From Candidatus Multivorans sp. (GTDB lineage: Bacteria; Acidobacteriota; Thermoanaerobaculia; Multivoradales; Multivoraceae), in assembly GCA_965219675.1 (NCBI GenBank), contig OZ244786.1, positions 1,818,597-1,882,596 of the forward strand: a stretch of DNA of 64,000 nucleotides. Direction: 5' to 3'. How positions within the stretch are numbered: the first letter of the stretch is position 1; each line of letters starts with the position of its first letter. Shown in pieces: positions 10,300 to 18,989 of the stretch. A model generated the notes under the pieces. It ran no database searches. It was not told where the DNA came from and worked only from the letters and a program-made list of their open reading frames with translations. A program made the translations under genes and the position numbers.

Positions 10300-10562
10300 G
10301 TGTCCTCTCCGAACCGGGTTTCGATCAGGGCGCAGATCGCGGTCATCGCGGCCTGTTCGTCCTCGCCCAGACAGCGGACGGTCAGCCTGGAGCCCTTTCC
10401 GGCGCCCAGAAGCAGGACACCGAGGATACTCCTCGCCTCGGTTTCACGGCCGCCTACACGCAGCACGACCCCGGACCGGAACTGCTTCGCCGTCTGCACC
10501 AGCTTGGCAGCGGCGCGTGCATGCAGGCCCAGTTCGTTGACCACCTCGACCACCCGTTCCAT
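10296..10562 (-). CDS. ptsH: phosphocarrier protein HPr (NPr-like)
   Basis: About 89 aa, MERVVEVVNELGLHARAAAKLVQTAKQF (HPr His15 region). Its stop overlaps the ptsI start (ATGA). Confidence 0.85.
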   Translation of the reverse strand: MERVVEVVNELGLHARAAAKLVQTAKQFRSGVVLRVGGRETEARSILGVLLLGAGKGSRLTVRCLGEDEQAAMTAICALIETRFGEDT

Positions 10563-10993
10563 TACTCGGGTCGCGGCGGGTTGCCACTCGCCGCGAGCTG
10601 AATGCTCTTGCGCCCATTGCTCCAAATCCAGTCCGCGAGGTCCGGCAGGTCCAGATCCGGTGCTTCGCAGCAGAGACTGAGCACCATCGGCAAGTTGACC
10701 CCTGTCACGACAGCCGCGTTCAACGCACCCGACGCCCGCAGCGCACTGTTGCAGGGCGTGTCACCGAACATCTGGGTCAAGATCAGCACGCCGTCTCCGT
10801 GCTGTTCCTCCAGCCGCCGGACCCTGGCCTCGATGAGGGCCGCCGCCTCGGCTGCGTCGGCGCGCCAGTCGACGCAGAGAGCGTAGACCGGCACGGGGCA
10901 GGTGTCGCTGGTCTGGCCGGAGATCGCGCGCGCGGAGTCGAGCAGGCGCTGGGCGAGTTCACCATGCGAAACGATGAGCACGGGAACGGTCAT
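10562..10993 (-). CDS. PTS EIIA component, mannose/fructose family
   Basis: MTVPVLIVSHGELAQRLLDSARAISG is the EIIA-Man phospho-His motif. Start taken at the ATG at 10993, which overlaps the rapZ stop (ATGA); the longer ORF to 11125 is rejected. Confidence 0.8.
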   Translation of the reverse strand: MTVPVLIVSHGELAQRLLDSARAISGQTSDTCPVPVYALCVDWRADAAEAAALIEARVRRLEEQHGDGVLILTQMFGDTPCNSALRASGALNAAVVTGVNLPMVLSLCCEAPDLDLPDLADWIWSNGRKSIQLAASGNPPRPE

Positions 10994-11886
10994 GAGCCAC
11001 TCGCAGTCCTCGACCGGTGACGCTCCACATCCCGGTGCTGCAACCGGATCTGCCAGGCGCCGGCGGCCAGTCGGTCCGCCATGGCTTCCGAGACCGCCAC
11101 CGAGCGGTGCCGCCCTCCGGTACAACCGATCCCGACGGTCAGATAGGCCCGGTTCTCGTCCCGGAATCTCGGCAGGAGGTAGCTCAGGAGACTCTCCAAC
11201 CGGTCGACGAGCTCGGCGAATGCCTCGTGGCCATGCAGGAAGTCCTGGACCGCGGGGTCCGTCCCCGGCTTCTCCCGCAGTTCGGCGACGAAGTACGGGT
11301 TCGGCAGGAAACGAACGTCGAACATCAGGTCGACGCCCGCCGGGACACCGAACTTGAAGCCGAAGCTGACGACGTTCACGGTCAGCCCGCCCGCATCGCT
11401 CGAACCGAACTCATCGTAGATCGTGGCCCGCAGTTCATGGATCGTCGAGTCGGTCGTGTCGAACACCCGCGAGGCGCGTCCCCGCAGTTCCAACAGCATC
11501 TTCCGCTCTCGTCGGATGCCGTCGATCACGCGCTCGCCCTCGCCCGTCAGGGGATGTCTGCGCCGGGTCTCGGAGTAACGTCGAACCAGCACGTCGTCCG
11601 AGCTATCGAGAAAGATCAACACCGGATCGACCAGCCCTGGATCCGCCTCGTCGAGAAGGATGGGCAGTTCCTCCGCCAGACCGGGAGTGCGAAGGTCGGT
11701 GACCAGGACGATCGCATCGAGCCCTGGCGCGGCGGCCGCCGGCTCCCGGACGAGGTGCCTCAGCAGAGGCAGTGGCAGGTTGTCGATGCAGTGGTGGCCC
11801 AGATCCTCGAAGCACCGGGCGACGGTGCTCTTTCCGGAACCCGAAAGGCCGGTGATCACGAACAGGCGAACTGCGGATTCAGACAC
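10990..11886 (-). CDS. rapZ: RNase adapter protein RapZ (YhbJ family)
   Basis: Walker A VITGLSGSGKST, then FGFKFG and GCTGGRHRSVAV, the RapZ hallmarks. The start is uncertain: GTG at about 11871 or 11886. Confidence 0.85.
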   Translation of the reverse strand: MSESAVRLFVITGLSGSGKSTVARCFEDLGHHCIDNLPLPLLRHLVREPAAAAPGLDAIVLVTDLRTPGLAEELPILLDEADPGLVDPVLIFLDSSDDVLVRRYSETRRRHPLTGEGERVIDGIRRERKMLLELRGRASRVFDTTDSTIHELRATIYDEFGSSDAGGLTVNVVSFGFKFGVPAGVDLMFDVRFLPNPYFVAELREKPGTDPAVQDFLHGHEAFAELVDRLESLLSYLLPRFRDENRAYLTVGIGCTGGRHRSVAVSEAMADRLAAGAWQIRLQHRDVERHRSRTASGS

Positions 11887-12334
11887 GCCCGTTGGCGCAC
11901 AGCAGCTCGTAGATCTCCCGCGCCTCGGACACCCGGCGCAGGCGCTCGCGGCCACCGTTGCTCACCCACTCGGAGATGGCTGCCAGGGCCTTCAGGTGAC
12001 GGCCGGCGCTTTCCCGGGGCGAAAGCAGAACGAAGAAGAAGCGGACCGGCAGGCCATCGTCGGCGCCGTAATCCACGCCACGCTTCGACACCGCGACCGC
12101 CAGCACGATGTCCCTCAAACCGTGGATCCGTCCGTGCGGAATGGCCATGCCGCCGCCTACGGCCGTCGAGCCCAGTTCCTCGCGCTCCCGCAGGGCGGAG
12201 AGGACCGCCTCCGGATCCGAGAGGCCGAGAACACGGCAGATCCGCTCGGTCAGTGTCCGAAGTGCGCCGTCGCGGCTCTTTGCCTCGACGTCGGAGAAGA
12301 TCAACTGCGGCTTCGCCAGACTTGCCAGTTCCAT
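11879..12334 (-). CDS. ptsN: PTS IIA-like nitrogen regulatory protein (EIIA-Ntr)
   Basis: 151 aa; GMAIPHGR phospho-His loop typical of the EIIA-Ntr/fructose family. It sits in the conserved position downstream of rpoN. Confidence 0.85.
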   Translation of the reverse strand: MELASLAKPQLIFSDVEAKSRDGALRTLTERICRVLGLSDPEAVLSALREREELGSTAVGGGMAIPHGRIHGLRDIVLAVAVSKRGVDYGADDGLPVRFFFVLLSPRESAGRHLKALAAISEWVSNGGRERLRRVSEAREIYELLCANGRV

Positions 12335-12370
12335 CTTGGTTCGACGGTTCCCCCGGTTGTACCTCTTGTT

Positions 12371-14038
12371 CTAGAAGATCCGTCTGCGGTCGGTCGAGGA
12401 CGGAATACCGAGTTCATCCCGGTACTTGGCGACGGTTCGACGAGCGATGTTAATGCCCTCTTGCTGGAGTTCGCGCGTCAGTGCCGAATCCGACAGCGGC
12501 CTGCGGCTGTCCTCTTCGTCGATCAGGTCGCTCAGCATCCGTTTCACCGTCAACGACGAGATCTCCCCTCCCCGAAAGCGATCGATGCCGCTGTGGAAAA
12601 AGAACTTCATCGGCAGGAGACCGCGTGGCGTATGGATGTACTTGTTGGACACGACGCGGCTCACCGTCGACTCGTGCATCCCGATGTCGTCGGCAACGTC
12701 CCGCAGCACCATCGGTCGCAACTCGTCGATTCCATGATCGAAGAACCTCCGCTGCTGGCGGAGAATGGACTCCGCGACCTTGTAGATCGTTCTCTGGCGC
12801 TGGTCCAGGCTCTTGATGAGCCACATCGCCGAACGCATCTTGTCCTTGAGGAAGTCCCGCGCCTCCAACTGGTTGCTGTCCCGCTGCATTTCCCGGAGCA
12901 TTCTGCGATAAGCCCGGCTGATCCGCAGCCTCGGAAGACCGTCGTCGTTCAACTGAATGGCCCACTCGCCACCAGTCTTGACCGCGACCACGTCAGGCTC
13001 GACGTACTCGACTCGATCGTTCGAGTACTGCCGCCCCGGTCTCGTTTCCAGCGCCCTGATCTCCTCGACCGGCGCCTCCAGTTGCGCCAGCGGCGTGCGC
13101 AAGCGTCGCGCGATGAGCCGGAACTGCCGTCGGGTGAACGGCCCCCAACACTCGTCGACGATGCGGTACGCCAGGGACTCCGTCTCTCCCTTGGCCTCGA
13201 GTTGCGCGAGGAGGCACTCCTGCAGCGAGTGCCAGGCCACCCCGGGCGGATCGAAACTCCGGACCAGCTCCAGCGCGTGCTCCACCAGTTCGAGAGGGTA
13301 CCCGGGCACCGGAACCTGACGGGGAGCCAACTCAGGAACCTGGCCGTCCGGAGCCGATGGCGCTCCCCCGTTGTGCTCCTGGCCGGTGACAAGCGCTTCG
13401 TTCATCTCCCGGACCTCGGCCACCTCCGAGCGGTAGCGCTCGCCCTCCTCCTCATTGGCGCCCAGGAGTCGAATCTCCACGACCGACGCCTGCAGGAAAC
13501 CATCCCCATCGACGTTGCCGATGATCAGCTCCGCGACCTCCCGGAGGAGAGGCGATGCATCGGACATGCGCAACTGCCAGAGTAGATGGTCGTAGAGATC
13601 CGGCTCGCGGCTGATGTTGTTCTCGATCGGCCAGGTTTCCCGGCTTTCGAAGGTGTTCGCGACCGTCGAATCAGGCCCGAGGTAGTCGTTGAAGTACGCG
13701 TCGAGGTCGATGTCTCCCATGGACGGCTCTTCCTCATCGCCAGACTCGAGACTGTCGGCCTCCGCCCCCTCGCCGGCGCCGTTCGCACTCGCCGCTTCTT
13801 CGCTCGGATTCTCCGGAGCGTCCCCGGCAGCCTCCGTGGCCTCCTCGGCGGGAGTTCCTTCTTCGGGATCCTCTTCCTCGGCGCCATCCTCGAGCACGGG
13901 ATTCTCGACGATCTCCTGGTTGAGCACTCCCTCCAGCTCGAGCCGAGTCATCTGCAGCAGCTTGATCGCCTGCTGCAGGGCCGGCGTCATGACCAGCCGT
14001 TGGGCCAGTTTCAGTGAGAGCCTCTGTTGGAGCACCAT
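12371..14038 (-). CDS. rpoN: RNA polymerase sigma-54 factor
   Basis: N-terminus MVLQQRLSLKLAQRLVMTPALQQAIKLLQMTRLEL; C-terminal HTH and RpoN box ...ARRTVAKYRDELGIPSS. Confidence 0.93.
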   Translation of the reverse strand: MVLQQRLSLKLAQRLVMTPALQQAIKLLQMTRLELEGVLNQEIVENPVLEDGAEEEDPEEGTPAEEATEAAGDAPENPSEEAASANGAGEGAEADSLESGDEEEPSMGDIDLDAYFNDYLGPDSTVANTFESRETWPIENNISREPDLYDHLLWQLRMSDASPLLREVAELIIGNVDGDGFLQASVVEIRLLGANEEEGERYRSEVAEVREMNEALVTGQEHNGGAPSAPDGQVPELAPRQVPVPGYPLELVEHALELVRSFDPPGVAWHSLQECLLAQLEAKGETESLAYRIVDECWGPFTRRQFRLIARRLRTPLAQLEAPVEEIRALETRPGRQYSNDRVEYVEPDVVAVKTGGEWAIQLNDDGLPRLRISRAYRRMLREMQRDSNQLEARDFLKDKMRSAMWLIKSLDQRQRTIYKVAESILRQQRRFFDHGIDELRPMVLRDVADDIGMHESTVSRVVSNKYIHTPRGLLPMKFFFHSGIDRFRGGEISSLTVKRMLSDLIDEEDSRRPLSDSALTRELQQEGINIARRTVAKYRDELGIPSSTDRRRIF

Positions 14039-14193
14039 GATCGCGTTCGAACGGCAACGGTTCCTGGGGCTGGGCCGGTCCCGGCCGGAGCCGCCGCATC
14101 ACCCACCACACTCGGTGTCCGACCGCAGTGTAACGGCGTTCCAGCAAGACTAATGCCAAGGAGACGCTATCACCTTGGGCGACCGCCTCAATC

Positions 14194-14937
14194 CTAGAGC
14201 GTGAACTCCGCGCCGAGGTAGATCTTCCTGACCGTCGGATCGGCCGACAGCTCCGTCGGCGTGCCGGTGCGGAGAATCCTGCCGTCGTTGATGATGTAGG
14301 CCCGGTCGGTGATCTTGAGCGTTTCCCGTACGTTGTGATCGGTGATCAGGACGCCGATGCCCATGTCGCGAAGCTGCCGAATGATCGCCTGGATGTCGAG
14401 TACGGCGATCGGATCGATGCCGGCGAACGGCTCGTCGAGAAGGATGAAGCTGGGGCTGATCGCGAGTGCGCGGGCAATCTCGAGCCGGCGGCGCTCACCG
14501 CCGGAAAGCTGGTTCCCCTTCGAGCGCCGAACGGCGACGAGATCGAAGTCCCCGATCAACTGGTTGATCCGACGCCGTTGCTCGGCACGCCCCAGACCGA
14601 GCGTCTCGAAGACCGCGCGGAGATTCCCCTCGACGGACAGCCGCCTGAACACCGAAGGCTCCTGCGGCAGATAGCTGATGCCCTGCTGCGCGCGCAGGTA
14701 CATGGGAAGGTCGGTGATGTCCACGTCGTCGAGGAACACCCGACCGCCGTCCGGTTGAGTCAAGCCCACGACCATGTAGAACGTGGTCGTCTTGCCGGCG
14801 CCATTTGGTCCGAGCAGACCCACGACTTCACCCTGGCCGACCTCGATCGACACGTCCTGGACGACAGGCCGGCCCCGATAGACCTTGCGCACATCCTGAG
14901 TGCGGATGCGATGGTCTGAAGCGAGCCTCTCCGTCAC
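14194..14937 (-). CDS. lptB: LPS export ABC transporter ATP-binding protein
   Basis: Walker [10 protein letters not shown], signature [15 protein letters not shown], Walker [12 protein letters not shown]. The position immediately upstream of rpoN is canonical. Confidence 0.93.
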   Translation of the reverse strand: MTERLASDHRIRTQDVRKVYRGRPVVQDVSIEVGQGEVVGLLGPNGAGKTTTFYMVVGLTQPDGGRVFLDDVDITDLPMYLRAQQGISYLPQEPSVFRRLSVEGNLRAVFETLGLGRAEQRRRINQLIGDFDLVAVRRSKGNQLSGGERRRLEIARALAISPSFILLDEPFAGIDPIAVLDIQAIIRQLRDMGIGVLITDHNVRETLKITDRAYIINDGRILRTGTPTELSADPTVRKIYLGAEFTL

Positions 14938-17231
14938 GGGCTGCCGGCTCCGGCAGCCGCGCCGCCGGACGGCCCCATCTCGTAGCGGCCCTCATCGAGC
15001 CAGTAGACCAGGCGTGATCCTCTCAGGAGGTCCCCTCCGCCTCGAACGACAACGGCGCCGGTGAGCCGGATCACACGCTCCCCTACAACGTAGACCACTC
15101 GGTTGGCGCCGGCCGAAATCTCCTGCGCGGCATCCTGAAGCCGGGCATTCCCCAGGCAGTACAGCGCCCGCGCCTGGCCATCCTGGCCGTCCTCGTCCGC
15201 CGCGGCGGCCTCAACCGTCAACTCATCGCAATCGAGACGCTGGTCCCCCAGCGACGCCGAGGCGTTGCCGCTGTAGCGCAACGCACCATCGTCTTCCGAA
15301 AAGGCCATTCTCTCGGAGACTACGAGCCACTCCTCAGTGGCTTCGACCTCAAGCTCCCCAGCGTCCGCGGGTGCGAGGCCCGGCGGCGATCGCCACGTCG
15401 TGCGTACGTCGCCGGTCGCCACAAGACGCTTGCGGTCCCCGCTGACCTGCAGTTGGGCGGCCGCAAGATGGTACTCCCCGCTGAACGCCTCGACTTCCCC
15501 CCGGAACCGGCTGTCGTCCTCGGCGCAGACCAGAGCCTCCTCCGAGCGAATCGTCCACGGGCCATCCGTCGAACCTGCGCCGGCCAGCGGCAGCGGGTTC
15601 CCGCCGTCCTCGTCTGCACCCCGAAAGGCGATCACGACTCCCCCGCGGGCTTCAGAGCAGGCAGCGGCCTGGTCGAACACGGCGCTGGGTGCTTCGAGTT
15701 CTCCATCGGCGAGGATGAGCCTTGCCGGCTCACCTGCGAGCGCGACCCGCCCGGTGACAGGATCGATCTCGGCGCGGTCGGCGAGCGCGCGGACCGGGTC
15801 CCGACTCCGATCCGTCAGTTCGACGCTGCCTTCCAGGACGAGCTCCGTCAGAGCACCGTCGCTGTCGAAGCGACCGTTGGCCACTCGGCTCGAGGCGATT
15901 CGCAGCGGCTCTCTCTGTTGAGGAACCTGCTCGTCGAGCACGACTCGCCCTCGCGCCTCGAACCCGGACGGCAGCCCGTCCTTGAAGTCGAAGGCAAGAA
16001 CCTGCGCCCGAACACGCCGCCGAGCCCCATCGGCATAGTCGATGCGCAACACGCCCGGACCGCCCCGGTTGGGACCACTCAGCAGCAACCGACTCGGGAG
16101 CTGGTTCGTGTCGAATCCGACATCCAGCGCCTGGCCCGCCAGGACGATTGCGGACCCTTCGGCATCCCTGTCGCCGTCCTGCGGACGGAGCCCACCGTTG
16201 CCCAGAGGCGCCTGCAACACGATCTCCCCCCGGGCCTCGAGCGAAGTCAGCCTGTCGGCGGAATCCCGTGCCAGGGCAAGCGTCAGGGTGCGGGCGGTGA
16301 GGTCGAGGTCGCCAAACCGTGCCGTGGTGCCACCGCGACCGGTCAGTGTTCCCTCGTTCCAGTGGTACTCCAGCCTCTCGGCGGTCACGGACAGCGGTTC
16401 GGGCGAATGTCCGAACTCCATCGTGGCGGCGCCGGCCGCCCTCATCCGCCCCTCCCGCCACCTGTACTCCAGCGTCTCGGCGGTCAACGCCAGAGGCTGC
16501 GGGGCATCCCCCGTTTCGCTCGTCGTCGCGGTACCGGTAGCCGTCACGCCGCCTCTGAGGTTCGCGGTCTCCTGGCGGAAGTCGACCCGCAGTCCGTCCC
16601 CAACCGCGGTCATGCCCTCGAAGGTGAGGCGGCTGTCGTCCGCCGCCGTCAGGATCATGCCTCCTTCGGCCAGGTCCATCCAGTCGGTGGCGACCGTCAG
16701 GCCGTTCGTCCCCTCCAGAAAAACGGCTCCCTCAAGATGGGTCGCATTCGTGACTTCGTTGTACGTCGCGCCATCCGCGCGCAGGCGGTAGTGGTCGTCA
16801 CCGCGCGGATAGTCGATCTCGACTTCCTTCAGCAGCACGTTGCCCTGGTCATCGGAACTCGTCCGGGCGCCCCGAATGCGGAACACCTCGACACCTTCAC
16901 GCTCGAGTGTCGATTCGAACTGCTCGGCGCTGAGCTGAACCGTCTCCTCGCCTACTGCCGCGGCCTCCCCGGTCCCCGCCGCCTCGGGGGCCGTCTCATC
17001 CGCGATCACGGGTGGGCCATCCGGGCGTCCACTGAGAAACACCAGGGCAAGTCCACCCATGCCGGCAATCAGCAGCACGAGCAGGGACGCCCTCAGAAGC
17101 CGGGTACGGCGTTGCCGGCGGCGTCCGTAGCGCGCGTCCCTGCGGCCGCCAGGCCGGTAGACCGAATCCCGGCGGTCCGTCGCGGGCGAAGAGGAACTCC
17201 CGTCGGCGCCTGCGGGCGTCTCGGTGCTCAT
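14934..17231 (-). CDS. inner-membrane-anchored LptC/LptA (OstA-like) multi-module protein, 765 aa
   Basis: A single TM segment ([17 protein letters not shown]) follows a basic cytoplasmic N-terminus. Internal repeats [15 protein letters not shown] / [15 protein letters not shown]. The LptA-like C-terminus is [32 protein letters not shown]. It occupies the lptC-lptA slot upstream of lptB, and its stop overlaps the lptB start. Confidence 0.6.
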   Translation of the reverse strand: MSTETPAGADGSSSSPATDRRDSVYRPGGRRDARYGRRRQRRTRLLRASLLVLLIAGMGGLALVFLSGRPDGPPVIADETAPEAAGTGEAAAVGEETVQLSAEQFESTLEREGVEVFRIRGARTSSDDQGNVLLKEVEIDYPRGDDHYRLRADGATYNEVTNATHLEGAVFLEGTNGLTVATDWMDLAEGGMILTAADDSRLTFEGMTAVGDGLRVDFRQETANLRGGVTATGTATTSETGDAPQPLALTAETLEYRWREGRMRAAGAATMEFGHSPEPLSVTAERLEYHWNEGTLTGRGGTTARFGDLDLTARTLTLALARDSADRLTSLEARGEIVLQAPLGNGGLRPQDGDRDAEGSAIVLAGQALDVGFDTNQLPSRLLLSGPNRGGPGVLRIDYADGARRRVRAQVLAFDFKDGLPSGFEARGRVVLDEQVPQQREPLRIASSRVANGRFDSDGALTELVLEGSVELTDRSRDPVRALADRAEIDPVTGRVALAGEPARLILADGELEAPSAVFDQAAACSEARGGVVIAFRGADEDGGNPLPLAGAGSTDGPWTIRSEEALVCAEDDSRFRGEVEAFSGEYHLAAAQLQVSGDRKRLVATGDVRTTWRSPPGLAPADAGELEVEATEEWLVVSERMAFSEDDGALRYSGNASASLGDQRLDCDELTVEAAAADEDGQDGQARALYCLGNARLQDAAQEISAGANRVVYVVGERVIRLTGAVVVRGGGDLLRGSRLVYWLDEGRYEMGPSGGAAAGAGSP

Positions 17232-17240
17232 GGGCGAAGT

Positions 17241-18989
17241 CTACTTGGCCCCCGTCTGGCGGGCCCTCCGGCCGTCGACGACCGGCCTGACGTCTTCCAC
17301 CCTGACGACGGGACCGCCGGCGTAGTTGTCCCATTCCAACTCCCCGAGCACTTCGAAGATGCCGTCGAACCTCGCCTGGCGTTCCCGCCAGCCCCAGCCG
17401 AGCAACTGCACCGGCCTGCTCGAGCCGGAACCCCGACTACCCGCTCGCCTGACTCGCAGCTTGACGTGGTTGGTTCCGAACTCGCGAACCGGACCGCTTC
17501 GTTCCAGCGGGCGCAGCCGGATCAGGGGCCGGCGGTTCGCCTCACCATGCGGCTCCAACTGCGCGAGTTGACGCAAGAAATCCGGCTCGACCCGTTCCGG
17601 AGAGAGGTCCAGCTCGTACTCCCGGCGCCGCACGAGTGTCTCCGGCGGCCAATCCGCGGCGTTCTCCATGTCCGCTTTCAGAGCCGGCAACTCGGAGACC
17701 TCCACTGACAGGCCGATCGCCTGGGGATGCCCCCCGAATCGCTCCATCCGTCCCTCGAAACGGGCCATGAAGGAGTGGAGGTCGATACCGGGGATGCTGC
17801 GACCCGAGCCGGTGCCCGATTCGCCCTCGACTCCCAGCAGGATCACCGGACGGTGGAACTTGCGGGCGAGTCGCCCGGCGGCAATGCCGACGACGCCCTT
17901 GTGCCACTCCGGACTCCAGGCCATCAGGATCCCGGGGCTCCGGCCTTCGGTCGAGAGTGCTTCGGCGGCCTCCCGTACGACCTTCCGTTCTTCCGCCTGC
18001 CGCCGGCGGTTCAGAGAGTCGAGCTCTCCCGCCAGGAGATCGGCCTCGGCCCTGTCCCGGGTCAGCAGCAAACGGAGCGCAAGATCGGCGCTCGCCAGCC
18101 GGCCGGCAGCGTTGAGCCTCGGTCCCAACCGAAAGGCGACTTCCGTCGAGGTCACCGCGCCCTCGACGCGAGCGACCCGCATCAGCGCCCGAAGCCCCGG
18201 AGATCTCGACTTCGCCAACGCCTGCAGGCCGAGGGCAGCGATGACACGGTTCTCTCCCTCCAGCGGAACCACATCGGCGATCGTCCCCAGGCATGCCACA
18301 CGCAGCAGCGCGGCCAGCGGTTCCTGGCGACCGCTCCGGCGCAGGACGGCCTGGGCCAGTTTGAACGCAAGTCCGGCGCCGCACAGGTGGCGAAAGGGAT
18401 AGGTGCAGCCATCCTGCTGGGGATTGACCTGGATGGCCTGGGACGGGAACCCGCTTCCCGCGACGTGATGATCGGTCACCACCACGTCCATTCCCAGCCT
18501 GATCGCCTCCTCAACCGCCTCGTTCGATGTCGTGCCGCAGTCAACGGTGACGATCACCGAGGCGCCGGCGCGCTTCGCCTTCTCGACTTGCGTGACCTGA
18601 AAACCGTATCCCTCGGTCAACCGGTTCGGAAGAATCGGGACGACCTTGGCGGCCAGGGCGCGAAGCACGGCGGTGAGCAGCGCGCAGGCGCTGACTCCGT
18701 CGACGTCGTAGTCCCCCACGACGGCCACCGTGCCGCGGTCGCGGCAGACGCCAAGCACACGGTCGGCCGCCTCGTCCATACCCCGCAGGAGGAAGGGGTC
18801 GTGCAAACCACGGCTATGCGGCCTGAGGAACGTCTCCGCCTCCACCTCGGTCTCCACTCCTCTGCGAGCCAGGAGAGCGGCAAGCGGTCCGTACCCCGCC
18901 TCCAGGAGCCGTCCGGCGGCCTCGGGAACCGGCTTCTCCACCCACTCCACCCGCTCTTCGCGGCGGGCGTCCTGTTCCGGGATGGTCAC
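17241..18989 (-). CDS. recJ: single-stranded-DNA-specific exonuclease RecJ
   Basis: DHH motifs VVGDYDVDGVSA and VVTDHH, a DHHA1 region, 582 aa. Confidence 0.92.
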   Translation of the reverse strand: MTIPEQDARREERVEWVEKPVPEAAGRLLEAGYGPLAALLARRGVETEVEAETFLRPHSRGLHDPFLLRGMDEAADRVLGVCRDRGTVAVVGDYDVDGVSACALLTAVLRALAAKVVPILPNRLTEGYGFQVTQVEKAKRAGASVIVTVDCGTTSNEAVEEAIRLGMDVVVTDHHVAGSGFPSQAIQVNPQQDGCTYPFRHLCGAGLAFKLAQAVLRRSGRQEPLAALLRVACLGTIADVVPLEGENRVIAALGLQALAKSRSPGLRALMRVARVEGAVTSTEVAFRLGPRLNAAGRLASADLALRLLLTRDRAEADLLAGELDSLNRRRQAEERKVVREAAEALSTEGRSPGILMAWSPEWHKGVVGIAAGRLARKFHRPVILLGVEGESGTGSGRSIPGIDLHSFMARFEGRMERFGGHPQAIGLSVEVSELPALKADMENAADWPPETLVRRREYELDLSPERVEPDFLRQLAQLEPHGEANRRPLIRLRPLERSGPVREFGTNHVKLRVRRAGSRGSGSSRPVQLLGWGWRERQARFDGIFEVLGELEWDNYAGGPVVRVEDVRPVVDGRRARQTGAK

